From positions 1 to 60,448 of the forward strand of contig MWBC01000001.1 of NCBI GenBank assembly GCA_002068885.1: DNA of 60,448 bases, in the 5' to 3' direction. The stretch comes from an archaeon ADurb.Bin336. Lineage in GTDB: Archaea; Iainarchaeota; Iainarchaeia; Iainarchaeales; JAAZKV01. Below, piece by piece: positions 46,553 through 55,374 of this stretch. The notes under the pieces are model-generated. The model had not been told where the DNA came from and ran no database searches. It saw nothing but the letters and a program-made list of their open reading frames with translations. The first letter of the stretch is position 1. The number at the start of each line of letters is the position of its first letter. A program made the position numbers and the translations under genes.

Positions 46553-47758
46553 ATGCTTACACGAGATGAATTAAAAAATATTGTTCTAAAAAATCAAGCA
46601 GAGCTTGGTAAAAATCTTGGATTGGATAGAGATTATTCTATTAAAATGTTAAAAAATTTTGCTACTATAATTTCTGGAATACGTCGTTGTGGAAAATCAA
46701 CTCTTGCAAAACAATTTTTAAAATCACGAAAACCAGTTTATTATCTTTATTTTGAAGATGTAGCATTAGCTGAATTTAAAACAAAAGATTTTGTTAAACT
46801 TGATGAAGTGTTTCATGAAGTACTGGGTGATAATGGTATTTATTTTTTTGATGAAATACAAAATGTGAAAGGGTGGGAAATTTTTGTAAGACGATTAGTT
46901 GATAAAAATAAAGAAGTTTTAATAACTGGTTCAAACGCTTCAATGCTAAGCAGAGAACTAGGGACAAGACTCACAGGAAGACACATAAGTTATGAATTAT
47001 TTCCTTTTTCTTTTAATGAATTTTTGAGATTTAAAAATAAAGAAGCAAATGTAAAAAATTTTGAAGAATATTTAGAATTAGGTGGGTTTCCAGAATATTT
47101 GAAAACAAATGATAAAGTTATTTTGCGTAATTTATTCCAAGATATTTTTTATAGAGATATATTAGTTAGGAACAATATTCGTAATGAAGCTGATTTAAAG
47201 AGCCTTTTAGCTTATTTATCTTCTAACATTGGGAAAAAATTTTCTTACACTAAATTAAGAGATTCTCTTGGAATAAAATCTGTTCACACTATAAAACAAT
47301 TTATTAGTGCTTGTGAAAATGCGTATTTGTTTTTCACAATAACTAAATATGATTATTCTGTAAAAAAACAATTAATTAACCCCAAGAAAATTTATTGTAT
47401 TGATAATGCGTTAATAAAACTTAATTCATTTTCAGTTTCTTCTAACTCTGGACAACTTTTAGAGAATTTAGTTTTTTTAGAATTAAGAAAAAAACAAAAA
47501 GAAATTTATTATCATTCTGAAAAAAAAGAATGTGATTTTGTAATAAAAGAAGGGAACAGAATAACCCAAGCAATTCAAGTTTGTTATTTATTGAATGATG
47601 AAAATAAACAAAGAGAAATTAATGGTTTGTTAGAAGCAATGGATGCATATAAACTAAAAGAAGGATTATTGCTTACAAATAATCAAGAAGATGTTTTAGA
47701 ATTAAATAACAAAAAAATAATTCTCAAACCAGTGTGGAAATGGTTGACTAATAATTAA
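46553..47758 (+). CDS. AAA-domain ATPase with DUF4143-like C-terminal domain (COG1373 family)
   Basis: ISGIRRCGKSTL Walker A, IYFFDEIQ Walker B, about 400 aa, typical layout for this family. Confidence 0.8.
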   Translation: MLTRDELKNIVLKNQAELGKNLGLDRDYSIKMLKNFATIISGIRRCGKSTLAKQFLKSRKPVYYLYFEDVALAEFKTKDFVKLDEVFHEVLGDNGIYFFDEIQNVKGWEIFVRRLVDKNKEVLITGSNASMLSRELGTRLTGRHISYELFPFSFNEFLRFKNKEANVKNFEEYLELGGFPEYLKTNDKVILRNLFQDIFYRDILVRNNIRNEADLKSLLAYLSSNIGKKFSYTKLRDSLGIKSVHTIKQFISACENAYLFFTITKYDYSVKKQLINPKKIYCIDNALIKLNSFSVSSNSGQLLENLVFLELRKKQKEIYYHSEKKECDFVIKEGNRITQAIQVCYLLNDENKQREINGLLEAMDAYKLKEGLLLTNNQEDVLELNNKKIILKPVWKWLTNN

Positions 47759-47813
47759 AATAAGTGGGGTACTATTGTATAGTTTTATAATATATTTCAA
47801 ACAGGTGTTGATT

Positions 47814-48683
47814 ATGCGTAAATCTAATATTAACAAAAAAGAAATAAAAGAAATTCCTATTAATAATAAAAAAAATATTGGGTTGAGTGATTTAGTAGTA
47901 ATAAAATTTGGGGGTTCTTCAATAACTAAAAAAGCGGATAATCAATTTGAAATGAATTACGAAGTGCTAAATCAATCAGCAGAAGAACTTTATAGAGCAA
48001 TAAAAAAAACAAAATATAAAGTTGCACTTATTTGTGGGGTAGGCCCATTTGGACATACTAATGTAAAAAAACTTAATCTAAATGATGGGATAAAAACAAG
48101 AGAACAAGAAGAAGGAACACAAAAAACAATTGTTGATTGTAATTTTGTTGCACAAGAAACTTCTACTGCTCTAGAAAAATTCGGACTCAAAACAAAAATA
48201 ATTCCAGGGTATTTAGTATGCAAGCAAGACAATAGAAAAGCAATTTCATTTGATACTAAAGAATATGTGAAAGCAATTCATGGAGGATTTATTCCGATAA
48301 CCACTGGGACAATGGTTAAAGACAAAACTTTGAAATGGAGTGTAATGAGTGGAGACACAGCAGTAGCAGAACTCTGCAAACAATTAAGGCCAAGAAAAGT
48401 AATAATGGGGACTGATGTGGATGGAATTTATACTGCGGACCCAAAAGTTAATCCAAAAGCAAAATTAATTGAAAGTATTACAAAAGAAAATGTTCCAAAA
48501 ATTTTGGAGATGGTGGGAGAATCAAATTCAGTTGATGTAACTGGGGGAATGAAAGGAAAATTAGAAAAACTAGCCCTAACACTAAATGGAGTGCCTGGAG
48601 AGATATTTAATTTATTCACAAAAGGAAATTTAGAAAAAGCATTTATTGGAGAAGAAATAAAAGACACAAAAATAAGATTATAA
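47814..48683 (+). CDS. Isopentenyl phosphate kinase (amino-acid-kinase fold)
   Basis: VVIKFGGSSITKK, GVGPFGH, GTDVDGIYTADP, SVDVTGGMKGKLE (compare M. jannaschii IPK SIDVTGGMKYKIE). Start moved to ATG 47814, which follows AGGTG. Confidence 0.85.
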   Translation: MRKSNINKKEIKEIPINNKKNIGLSDLVVIKFGGSSITKKADNQFEMNYEVLNQSAEELYRAIKKTKYKVALICGVGPFGHTNVKKLNLNDGIKTREQEEGTQKTIVDCNFVAQETSTALEKFGLKTKIIPGYLVCKQDNRKAISFDTKEYVKAIHGGFIPITTGTMVKDKTLKWSVMSGDTAVAELCKQLRPRKVIMGTDVDGIYTADPKVNPKAKLIESITKENVPKILEMVGESNSVDVTGGMKGKLEKLALTLNGVPGEIFNLFTKGNLEKAFIGEEIKDTKIRL

Positions 48684-48784
48684 TTTATTCATCAATTGTC
48701 ACAGGGTGGTTTTTTAAACTCTTAAAAACACAAAGTATTTATTGGAAAAGATTATGATATTCTAGTTAGTGAGTTGGTTGAATT

Positions 48785-49324
48785 ATGAAACAAGTGTTGT
48801 TCTTAGGAAGAGGGGGCCAAGGAGCGGTTACTAGTGCACAAGTTTTAGCAATCGCTGCGTTTAAAGATGGAAAGTATTCTCAAGCATTCCCAAATTTTGG
48901 GGTGGAGAGGATGGGGGCTCCTGTTAGAAGTTATGCAAGAATTGATACTAAGGAAATTACTCTAAGAGAACAAGTGTATGAAGCGAATTACGCAATAATA
49001 CTAGATCCAACTCTAGTGAATCAACTAACAGAAAAAGTAACTGATTTAATAATTGTTAATTCAAACAAAAAGCCAAGCGAACTTGGGTTAAAAACTGATG
49101 CGAAAGTAAAATGCGTTGATATTACTAGCATTGCTCTAAAAGTAATTGGAAAACCATTTGTGAATATTGCAGCAATAGGGGCTTTTAGTGCACTAACAAA
49201 AGAAGTTTCAATTAGCGCAATAAGTGAAGCAATAAGACAACAAATGGGGCATAAAGGAAATATGGTGGAAAAAAATATTGATGCGATTAGAGAGGTTTCT
49301 AATTTAGCTAAACAAGAAGAATAA
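48785..49324 (+). CDS. porG: Pyruvate/2-oxoacid:ferredoxin oxidoreductase gamma subunit
   Basis: FLGRGGQGAVTSAQVLAIAAF..FPNFGVERMGAPVRSYARI. Confidence 0.88.
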   Translation: MKQVLFLGRGGQGAVTSAQVLAIAAFKDGKYSQAFPNFGVERMGAPVRSYARIDTKEITLREQVYEANYAIILDPTLVNQLTEKVTDLIIVNSNKKPSELGLKTDAKVKCVDITSIALKVIGKPFVNIAAIGAFSALTKEVSISAISEAIRQQMGHKGNMVEKNIDAIREVSNLAKQEE

Positions 49325-49357
49325 AAATTATTTTTATTAAATAGTAATAGTGATTTT

Positions 49358-49642
49358 ATGAGTGAAAAAAAGAAAGAAGAAATTCCCCTAACTTGTGGGG
49401 CAGTAACCCAACCAGGTTCGACAAAAGTGTACAAAACAGGGGAGTGGAGAACCTTCATTCCAATTATTAATCAAGAAAAGTGCATTAAGTGTGGGAAGTG
49501 TTGGATGAATTGTCCTGATGGAGCAATATTCAAATCACAGGATGGTAAATTCATGATAAATTACCTTTATTGCAAGGGTTGTTTAATATGCGAAAAAATG
49601 TGTCCAGTGAAAGCAATTAGTCACAAAGTGGAGGAAAAATAA
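49358..49642 (+). CDS. porD: Pyruvate:ferredoxin oxidoreductase delta subunit (2x[4Fe-4S])
   Basis: CIKCGKCWMNCPDGAI and CKGCLICEKMCPVKAI. Confidence 0.88.
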   Translation: MSEKKKEEIPLTCGAVTQPGSTKVYKTGEWRTFIPIINQEKCIKCGKCWMNCPDGAIFKSQDGKFMINYLYCKGCLICEKMCPVKAISHKVEEK

Positions 49643-49673
49643 TTTTTAATTATTAATTTTGAAGTGATGTGTG

Positions 49674-50819
49674 ATGAGTGAAAAAAAAGTTATTTCAGGA
49701 GCAGAAGGAGTTGCAATTGCAGTTAAATTATGCAAACCAAAAGTACTCCCAATGTACCCCATTACTCCGAGTACACTAGTTCCAGAAAAACTAAGTGAAT
49801 TCGTGTTCAATGGAGAAATTGATGCACAAATGATTCACGTTGAAAGCGAACACTCAGCAATAAGTGCACTGTATGGAGCATACGCAACAGGGGTAAGAGC
49901 ATTCACAGCAACAGCTTCCCAAGGACTAGCACTAATGCACGAAATAATCCCAATAGTTTCAGGAGCAAGGTTTCCTGCAGTAATGTTTGTAGCAAACAGA
50001 GCACTATCAGGGCCCTTGAATATTTGGAATGATCACTCTGATTCAATGAGTGAAAGAGACCAAGGGTGGATTCAATTATATTGTGAAAGCAATCAAGAAG
50101 CGTTTGACACTATTATAATGGCTTACAAAATAGCTGAGTCCAAAAAAGTTTTACTGCCAGTAATGGTTTGCGCTGATGGGTTTTACTTGACACACGCTTA
50201 CGAACCAATTCAAATAGAAGAACAAAAAAAAGTGGATAAGTTCTTACCAAAATACGAACCAGTGGATTATCTTGACACGAATAATCCAAAATCATTCGGA
50301 GCATTTGCCCAACCAAACACTTACATGGAGTTTAAAGAAGAGGAAGAAAAAGCAATGCGAGAAGCACTAAAAGAAATAATTAAAGTGAATAAAGATTTTG
50401 AAAAAACTTTTGGAAGAAAATATGGAAATGGGTTAATAGAAGGAATTAATTTGAGTGGGGCAGAGCACGCAATTCTTTGCGTTGGCTCAGTTTGTGGAAC
50501 AGTAAGAGAAGTAATTAAAGAACTAAAAAAAGAAGGAAAAAAAGTTGGTTTAATTAAACTAAAATCAGTTAGGCCATTGCCTGTGGAAGATTTGAAAATG
50601 CTTTGCAAAGATTTGAAAGTACTAGGAGTAATTGACAGACACGCTTCAATTGGATTTGGCGGAGCACTAACAAATGATATTCGCTCAGCACTAATGGATG
50701 AAGAAGTAAGGGTAGAGGGTTTTATTGCAGGGCTGGGTGGAAGAGATATTAATAAAGAAAAAATAAGAGAATTAGTAGAAACAATTCTAAAAGAAAAAGA
50801 AGGGTATTGGTTGAAATAA
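49674..50819 (+). CDS. porA: Pyruvate:ferredoxin oxidoreductase alpha subunit
   Basis: ISGAEGVAIAVKLCKPKVLPMYPITPST, ESEHSAISALYGA, TATASQGLALMHE. Confidence 0.88.
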   Translation: MSEKKVISGAEGVAIAVKLCKPKVLPMYPITPSTLVPEKLSEFVFNGEIDAQMIHVESEHSAISALYGAYATGVRAFTATASQGLALMHEIIPIVSGARFPAVMFVANRALSGPLNIWNDHSDSMSERDQGWIQLYCESNQEAFDTIIMAYKIAESKKVLLPVMVCADGFYLTHAYEPIQIEEQKKVDKFLPKYEPVDYLDTNNPKSFGAFAQPNTYMEFKEEEEKAMREALKEIIKVNKDFEKTFGRKYGNGLIEGINLSGAEHAILCVGSVCGTVREVIKELKKEGKKVGLIKLKSVRPLPVEDLKMLCKDLKVLGVIDRHASIGFGGALTNDIRSALMDEEVRVEGFIAGLGGRDINKEKIRELVETILKEKEGYWLK

Positions 50820-50836
50820 AATTTTGGTGAGTGAAA

Positions 50837-52846
50837 ATGGCTATATTTGGAATGGATGAAAAAGAATATTTTGCGTGCGGGCACAGAGCTTGTGCGGGAT
50901 GCGGAGAAGCACTAGCAATAAGACACATACTAAAAGCAGCTGGGCCAAAAACAATTATAGCCCAAGCAACAGGGTGCATGGAAGTAGTATCCACTCCTTA
51001 CCCAGAATCAAGTTGGGAAGTTCCTTGGGTGCACTGCGCGTTTGAAAACGCTTCAGCGGTAGCAAGTGGAGTAAGAGCAGCACTAGATGCTAAAGGAGAC
51101 AAAGAAACAAACATAATTGCGATTGGGGGAGACGGAGCGAGTTTTGATATTGGGTTTGGTTCTTTGAGTGGGGCTCTAGAAAGGGGAACAAAATTCTTGT
51201 ACATTGCTACTGACAATGAAGCTTACATGAATTGCCTCTCAACAGATTCACTAATAATGACTAAAGAAGGGTTAAAGAAAATAACTCAAATAAATGTAGG
51301 GGATGAAGTATACGCGTTCAATCAAAAAACTCACGAACTAGTTCTAAAAAAATGCACAGGTGTATTTGATAATGGGTTGAAAAGAGTGTATGAAATAAAC
51401 ACTAATTCAAACACAATAAAAGCAACTGGCAACCACCCATTTTTAGTACTACAAAGAAATGGGAAGAGTGGAGAAAATACTTTTGTTTGGAAAATGGTTG
51501 AAGGGCTAAAAGTAGGGGACGAAATAGTTGCACTAAAAAAAGGTTTAGAAGGAAAATCGTATTACTTTAATAAAATAAAAACCTCTGCAAAAGGAGATTA
51601 CAAAGTTAATAAAATAAATGAAGTTCTACTCCCAGAAAAATCTTCTCCAGAATTAATGAAGCTTTTAGGAATTTATGTTGGAGATGGTTGGACTAGAATA
51701 GAAAAAGCAGAGGTTGGGTTTGCCCTGCCAAAAGAAAAGAAAGGAAGAGAAGAAGCAAAACAATTAATAGAAAATTTGTTGTGGAGTAGTTGCTTAACCG
51801 AAAACGAAAACGAACTCCACTTAAACTCAATTAACATAGCAAAATTCATTAACTCACTAGGATTTGGAAAAGGAGCTAAAAACAAAACAATACCTAGTTG
51901 GGTATTCACTCTACCACTAAAAGAAAAAGAAGCATTCGTAGAAGGATTAATGCTGGCTGATGGATACAAAATAGGGGAGAGTAATAGATATGTTTCAGCG
52001 AGTTTTGAACTACTAAAAACACTGAGATTATTACTCCAAACAATGGATTTAAGAGTAAGAAAAATACACTCGCAAACAAAAGAAAAAGGAGTACTAGTAG
52101 TAAAAAGAAACCTCCTCACAGAATCAACTTATGGTTATGTTTGCTTTAGTTCAAAAAAAGGAGCACTCCTAAAATACGCAAGCCAAAACAAACAAAGAAA
52201 TTATTTATTTGGAAACGAACACTTCGAAACAAAAAAAATAATTTCAATAGAAAAAAAAGGAATAGAACCAACTCTTGATTTAAGAGTAGAAGGAGAACAC
52301 AACTTTGTAGCAGATGGGATAGTAGTACACAACACAGGAATACAAAGAAGTGGAGCAACTTTCCCTTACGCAAACACTACAACTTCCCCTGCAGGAAAAG
52401 TAATTCCTGGAAAAACCCAACCAAAAAAACCATTGCCCTTTATTGCAGCAGCACACGGAATAGAATACGTTGCAACAGCAAGTGTAATGAATTTAATGGA
52501 TTTACACAAAAAAGTAAAAAAGGCATTAAGTGTGAACGGGCCAACAATGATAACAGTTTTCGTTCCATGCATCCCAGGGTGGAAAATAGATTCCTCTTCC
52601 ACAATAGATGTTGCATTGAAAGCATTTGAAACAAACGTTTACCCATTATATGAAATAGATAAAGGGGTACTAAAAATAACTCAAACTCCTAGCGAAAAGA
52701 AAAAAGTGGAAGAATACTTAAAAATGCAAGGAAGATTCAAACACTTAACCCCCGAGCACACTAAAAAAATTCAAGAATACGTTAACGCGAGATGGAAGTT
52801 CCTAGAAGAAAACAACGGGAAAAAGATTTTTGACAACTTATTCTAA
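50837..52846 (+). CDS. porB: Pyruvate:ferredoxin oxidoreductase beta (TPP-binding) subunit, interrupted by an in-frame intein
   Basis: [30 protein letters not shown], ...ATDNEAYMN | intein | [22 protein letters not shown]. The extein totals about 302 aa, a normal PorB length. Confidence 0.88.
   Translation: MAIFGMDEKEYFACGHRACAGCGEALAIRHILKAAGPKTIIAQATGCMEVVSTPYPESSWEVPWVHCAFENASAVASGVRAALDAKGDKETNIIAIGGDGASFDIGFGSLSGALERGTKFLYIATDNEAYMNCLSTDSLIMTKEGLKKITQINVGDEVYAFNQKTHELVLKKCTGVFDNGLKRVYEINTNSNTIKATGNHPFLVLQRNGKSGENTFVWKMVEGLKVGDEIVALKKGLEGKSYYFNKIKTSAKGDYKVNKINEVLLPEKSSPELMKLLGIYVGDGWTRIEKAEVGFALPKEKKGREEAKQLIENLLWSSCLTENENELHLNSINIAKFINSLGFGKGAKNKTIPSWVFTLPLKEKEAFVEGLMLADGYKIGESNRYVSASFELLKTLRLLLQTMDLRVRKIHSQTKEKGVLVVKRNLLTESTYGYVCFSSKKGALLKYASQNKQRNYLFGNEHFETKKIISIEKKGIEPTLDLRVEGEHNFVADGIVVHNTGIQRSGATFPYANTTTSPAGKVIPGKTQPKKPLPFIAAAHGIEYVATASVMNLMDLHKKVKKALSVNGPTMITVFVPCIPGWKIDSSSTIDVALKAFETNVYPLYEIDKGVLKITQTPSEKKKVEEYLKMQGRFKHLTPEHTKKIQEYVNARWKFLEENNGKKIFDNLF
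51233..52333 (+). mobile_element. Intein (367 aa) with LAGLIDADG homing-endonuclease domain inside porB
   Basis: Starts CLSTDSLIM (Cys1), block [21 protein letters not shown] motifs [10 protein letters not shown] and [11 protein letters not shown], ends [15 protein letters not shown] followed by +1 Thr. In frame, with no stops. Confidence 0.85.
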
Positions 52847-52918
52847 AAATTAAGTTAAAAAAATAAAGAAAAGTAGTGCAATAACACACTACCAAAAATT
52901 TGCAACTTTTTCTAAATT

Positions 52919-53089
52919 TTATTCCTCTTCAGCGAATTGCTTAATTGCGTCAAAATTCTCCACAATTAACCTAGCTTTACCCTTACCAAATTGAAAAGGA
53001 AAAGTATCAGTCTCACTTCTCTTCAAAATAATCATTTTATTTCCCTTAAACTCACCATACTCTACAACCATTTTTCCACGCTCCCGCAT
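52919..53089 (-). CDS. Small hypothetical protein (56 aa, or 50 aa from the second Met)
   Basis: Hand translation: MRERGKMVVEYGEFKGNKMIILKRSETDTFPFQFGKGKARLIVENFDAIKQFAEEE*. Faint resemblance to PC4/YdbC-type ssDNA-binding folds. Below the track cutoff. Confidence 0.35.
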   Translation of the reverse strand: MRERGKMVVEYGEFKGNKMIILKRSETDTFPFQFGKGKARLIVENFDAIKQFAEEE

Positions 53090-53164
53090 TTTGGTTAAAA
53101 TAATATATTTAACCCAAACACCCTTTAAAAAACAATCTTAAATGTTACTTTACCAATAGTAATT

Positions 53165-54022
53165 ATGAATAATGAAAAAACCTCTCTTCAAAACAAAATT
53201 CCTACACAAACACAAAACAAAAACGAAATTAAGAATAATGAAAAAGAAGAAGGAAAATTTGCTCTAATTTATTCCTACAAAGACCCCGCTGGAAAAAACA
53301 TTGCAAAAAAAATTCAAGAAATAGGGATTCCAAAATGGGCTACCTTGTACGAAGTTGAAGAGGACATAGTGTATGCAGATCTCTCAAAAATAAAAGAAGA
53401 TTACTTAATATTTCTCTCAAAACACCAAAGCGAAACAGGGACAAAAGCACTAACAATTCACATGATTGGAAACTTTGGCGAAGCAAAATTTGGGGGAAGA
53501 GCAAGAGAGTTATGCGGAGCAATGCCAAGAGTAGGAGCAAATTATTTACGCGCACTAAACGAAAAAAACCAAAGCGAAGGACTAGCAAAACAAGGATTTG
53601 TAGTAACAATGGAAGCAACACATCACGGGCCCTACACAAAAAAAGATTGCTTATTCATAGAAATAGGGAGTTCGCCAAAAGAGTGGAATAATGAATTAGC
53701 TGCAAAAATAGTTGCAGAAGTAGTGATTACCCAAACCCAAAAACAAAACAAAGACACTATAGTAGTAGGGCTAGGGGGAGGACACTACACTCCAGAATTC
53801 ACTAAACTTGCACTCAGACAAAAATATGCATTCGGACACATTTGCCCAAAACACAACCTAGAAAATCTTAATTTGGATTTACTTTGGGAAATGATAAGAA
53901 AATCAGGGGCGGACGAAATAGTGCTTGATTGGAAAGGATTAAAAGAAAACAAAGCAAAAATAGTTGAACTAACAAAAATCACTAAACTAAAAATTAATAG
54001 AGTTCAAAACTTGTTGAAATAA
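53165..54022 (+). CDS. dtdA: D-aminoacyl-tRNA deacylase, archaeal type (DtdA/DTD2)
   Basis: LTIHMIGNFGEAKFGGRARELC, TMEATHHGP, VVGLGGGHYTPEF. Carries a roughly 30-aa N/Q/K-rich N-terminal extension. Confidence 0.8.
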   Translation: MNNEKTSLQNKIPTQTQNKNEIKNNEKEEGKFALIYSYKDPAGKNIAKKIQEIGIPKWATLYEVEEDIVYADLSKIKEDYLIFLSKHQSETGTKALTIHMIGNFGEAKFGGRARELCGAMPRVGANYLRALNEKNQSEGLAKQGFVVTMEATHHGPYTKKDCLFIEIGSSPKEWNNELAAKIVAEVVITQTQKQNKDTIVVGLGGGHYTPEFTKLALRQKYAFGHICPKHNLENLNLDLLWEMIRKSGADEIVLDWKGLKENKAKIVELTKITKLKINRVQNLLK

Positions 54023-54076
54023 AAATTCTTTTCAAAAAGCAAAAGTAAATAAACTACTTTTTTGTTTAATTATCAT

Positions 54077-55297
54077 ATGAATAAAGCGCAGGGTGCTATA
54101 GAGTACTTACTAATTATTGGAGTGGTAATACTAATTGTTACAGTAGTAGTAATTGCGTTAAGTGGAGTGTTAAACTCAGCTACAGAAGACACCTCCCAAC
54201 AAGAATACCAAGACAGCTACCTCCACATGAAATACGAACACATTGGATTCCCCGTAGCAATAAAACCCGGCGAACACGACTCATTCACCCTAGCACTCCA
54301 ACCAAAAAACAGTTCCTTGCCAGAAATCTTCAAAGACGCACCCAACGGAACAACAATAACAATAAATTATGATACAACCTACACAAAAACAGAAGGTAGT
54401 TGGGGAACAGAAGGTGATGAAGCAAAAATAAACAAAGGAGATATAGTAGATGTTTCAGTACCTGCAAGTTATAGCAAACCACTAGAACTACAAATAAAAG
54501 GAGAATACACCAGACCCCAACCAAGAAAAATAATAATTGATTGTGCCCAATCTACTAATGGAATGATTAATTATATGTTTTTTCCTTTTGAACCAAAAGA
54601 AAAAAGGATAAAGGTACTTTTCAAAGATTTCTTTGAAAAACTTGCTTCTGGAAGTAGTTTACATATAGGTCGTAATTATTATTATGTTGATAAAAGCTGT
54701 GAAGGAACGCCTTGTATAGGGTTGGATAAGGATCAATGTATTTCTAGTTCCTTTTGTGATTGGGATCGGGTTAAGAATGAATGTATGTTATATTCTCTTA
54801 ATGTGAGATGTGAAGATCAATATAGGGAAGATGAGTGTTTACGAATGGGTTGTACTGTAGGCGATACTATCTTAATTGAGCAAGAACAACCTGCTGGTAC
54901 ACCATTTATTTCAATGGGGGATAATTTTACACTTTTTTGTGCTCCAAATCAAAATTTTCGTGTAGAAATAGAAGAAAATGTAGAAAATAATATTGAAAAA
55001 ATAGAACAACTAATTGTAGATAGGTATTCAACAAAAATGTTTACTTTAAAAAATTATTCGTGCTACTCTTTTGGACAATTATATAACAAAATAAAAAATG
55101 CTATTCCTGAGGGGGCATATTCTTATTATAACTTAATTTGTTCGAGACGAAATAATATGTTTTTTGCTGAAGTTATAAATGGGTCTGAAAATTTTTCTAG
55201 CCATTATTCAACACAACTTATTTATGCAGATACTATTTGTAGATTACAAAATTCAGGGACAAATATATCTACAGTAGATTTTACTTGTGAAAACTAA
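54077..55297 (+). CDS. Class III signal peptide (archaeal type IV pilin-like) protein with large Cys-rich C-terminal domain
   Basis: MNKAQG|AIEYLLIIGVVILIVTVVVIAL prepilin-type signal. C-terminal region has about 15 Cys (CEGTPCIGLDKDQCISSSFCDWDRVKNEC..). Start set at ATG 54077. Confidence 0.75.
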   Translation: MNKAQGAIEYLLIIGVVILIVTVVVIALSGVLNSATEDTSQQEYQDSYLHMKYEHIGFPVAIKPGEHDSFTLALQPKNSSLPEIFKDAPNGTTITINYDTTYTKTEGSWGTEGDEAKINKGDIVDVSVPASYSKPLELQIKGEYTRPQPRKIIIDCAQSTNGMINYMFFPFEPKEKRIKVLFKDFFEKLASGSSLHIGRNYYYVDKSCEGTPCIGLDKDQCISSSFCDWDRVKNECMLYSLNVRCEDQYREDECLRMGCTVGDTILIEQEQPAGTPFISMGDNFTLFCAPNQNFRVEIEENVENNIEKIEQLIVDRYSTKMFTLKNYSCYSFGQLYNKIKNAIPEGAYSYYNLICSRRNNMFFAEVINGSENFSSHYSTQLIYADTICRLQNSGTNISTVDFTCEN

Positions 55298-55374
55298 AAA
55301 AACATTCTAACTTATTTTATTCAAGTATTATCTTCTTTAGCAACTTTTTTATACTCGCAAAGTGTTAGTTCAGT

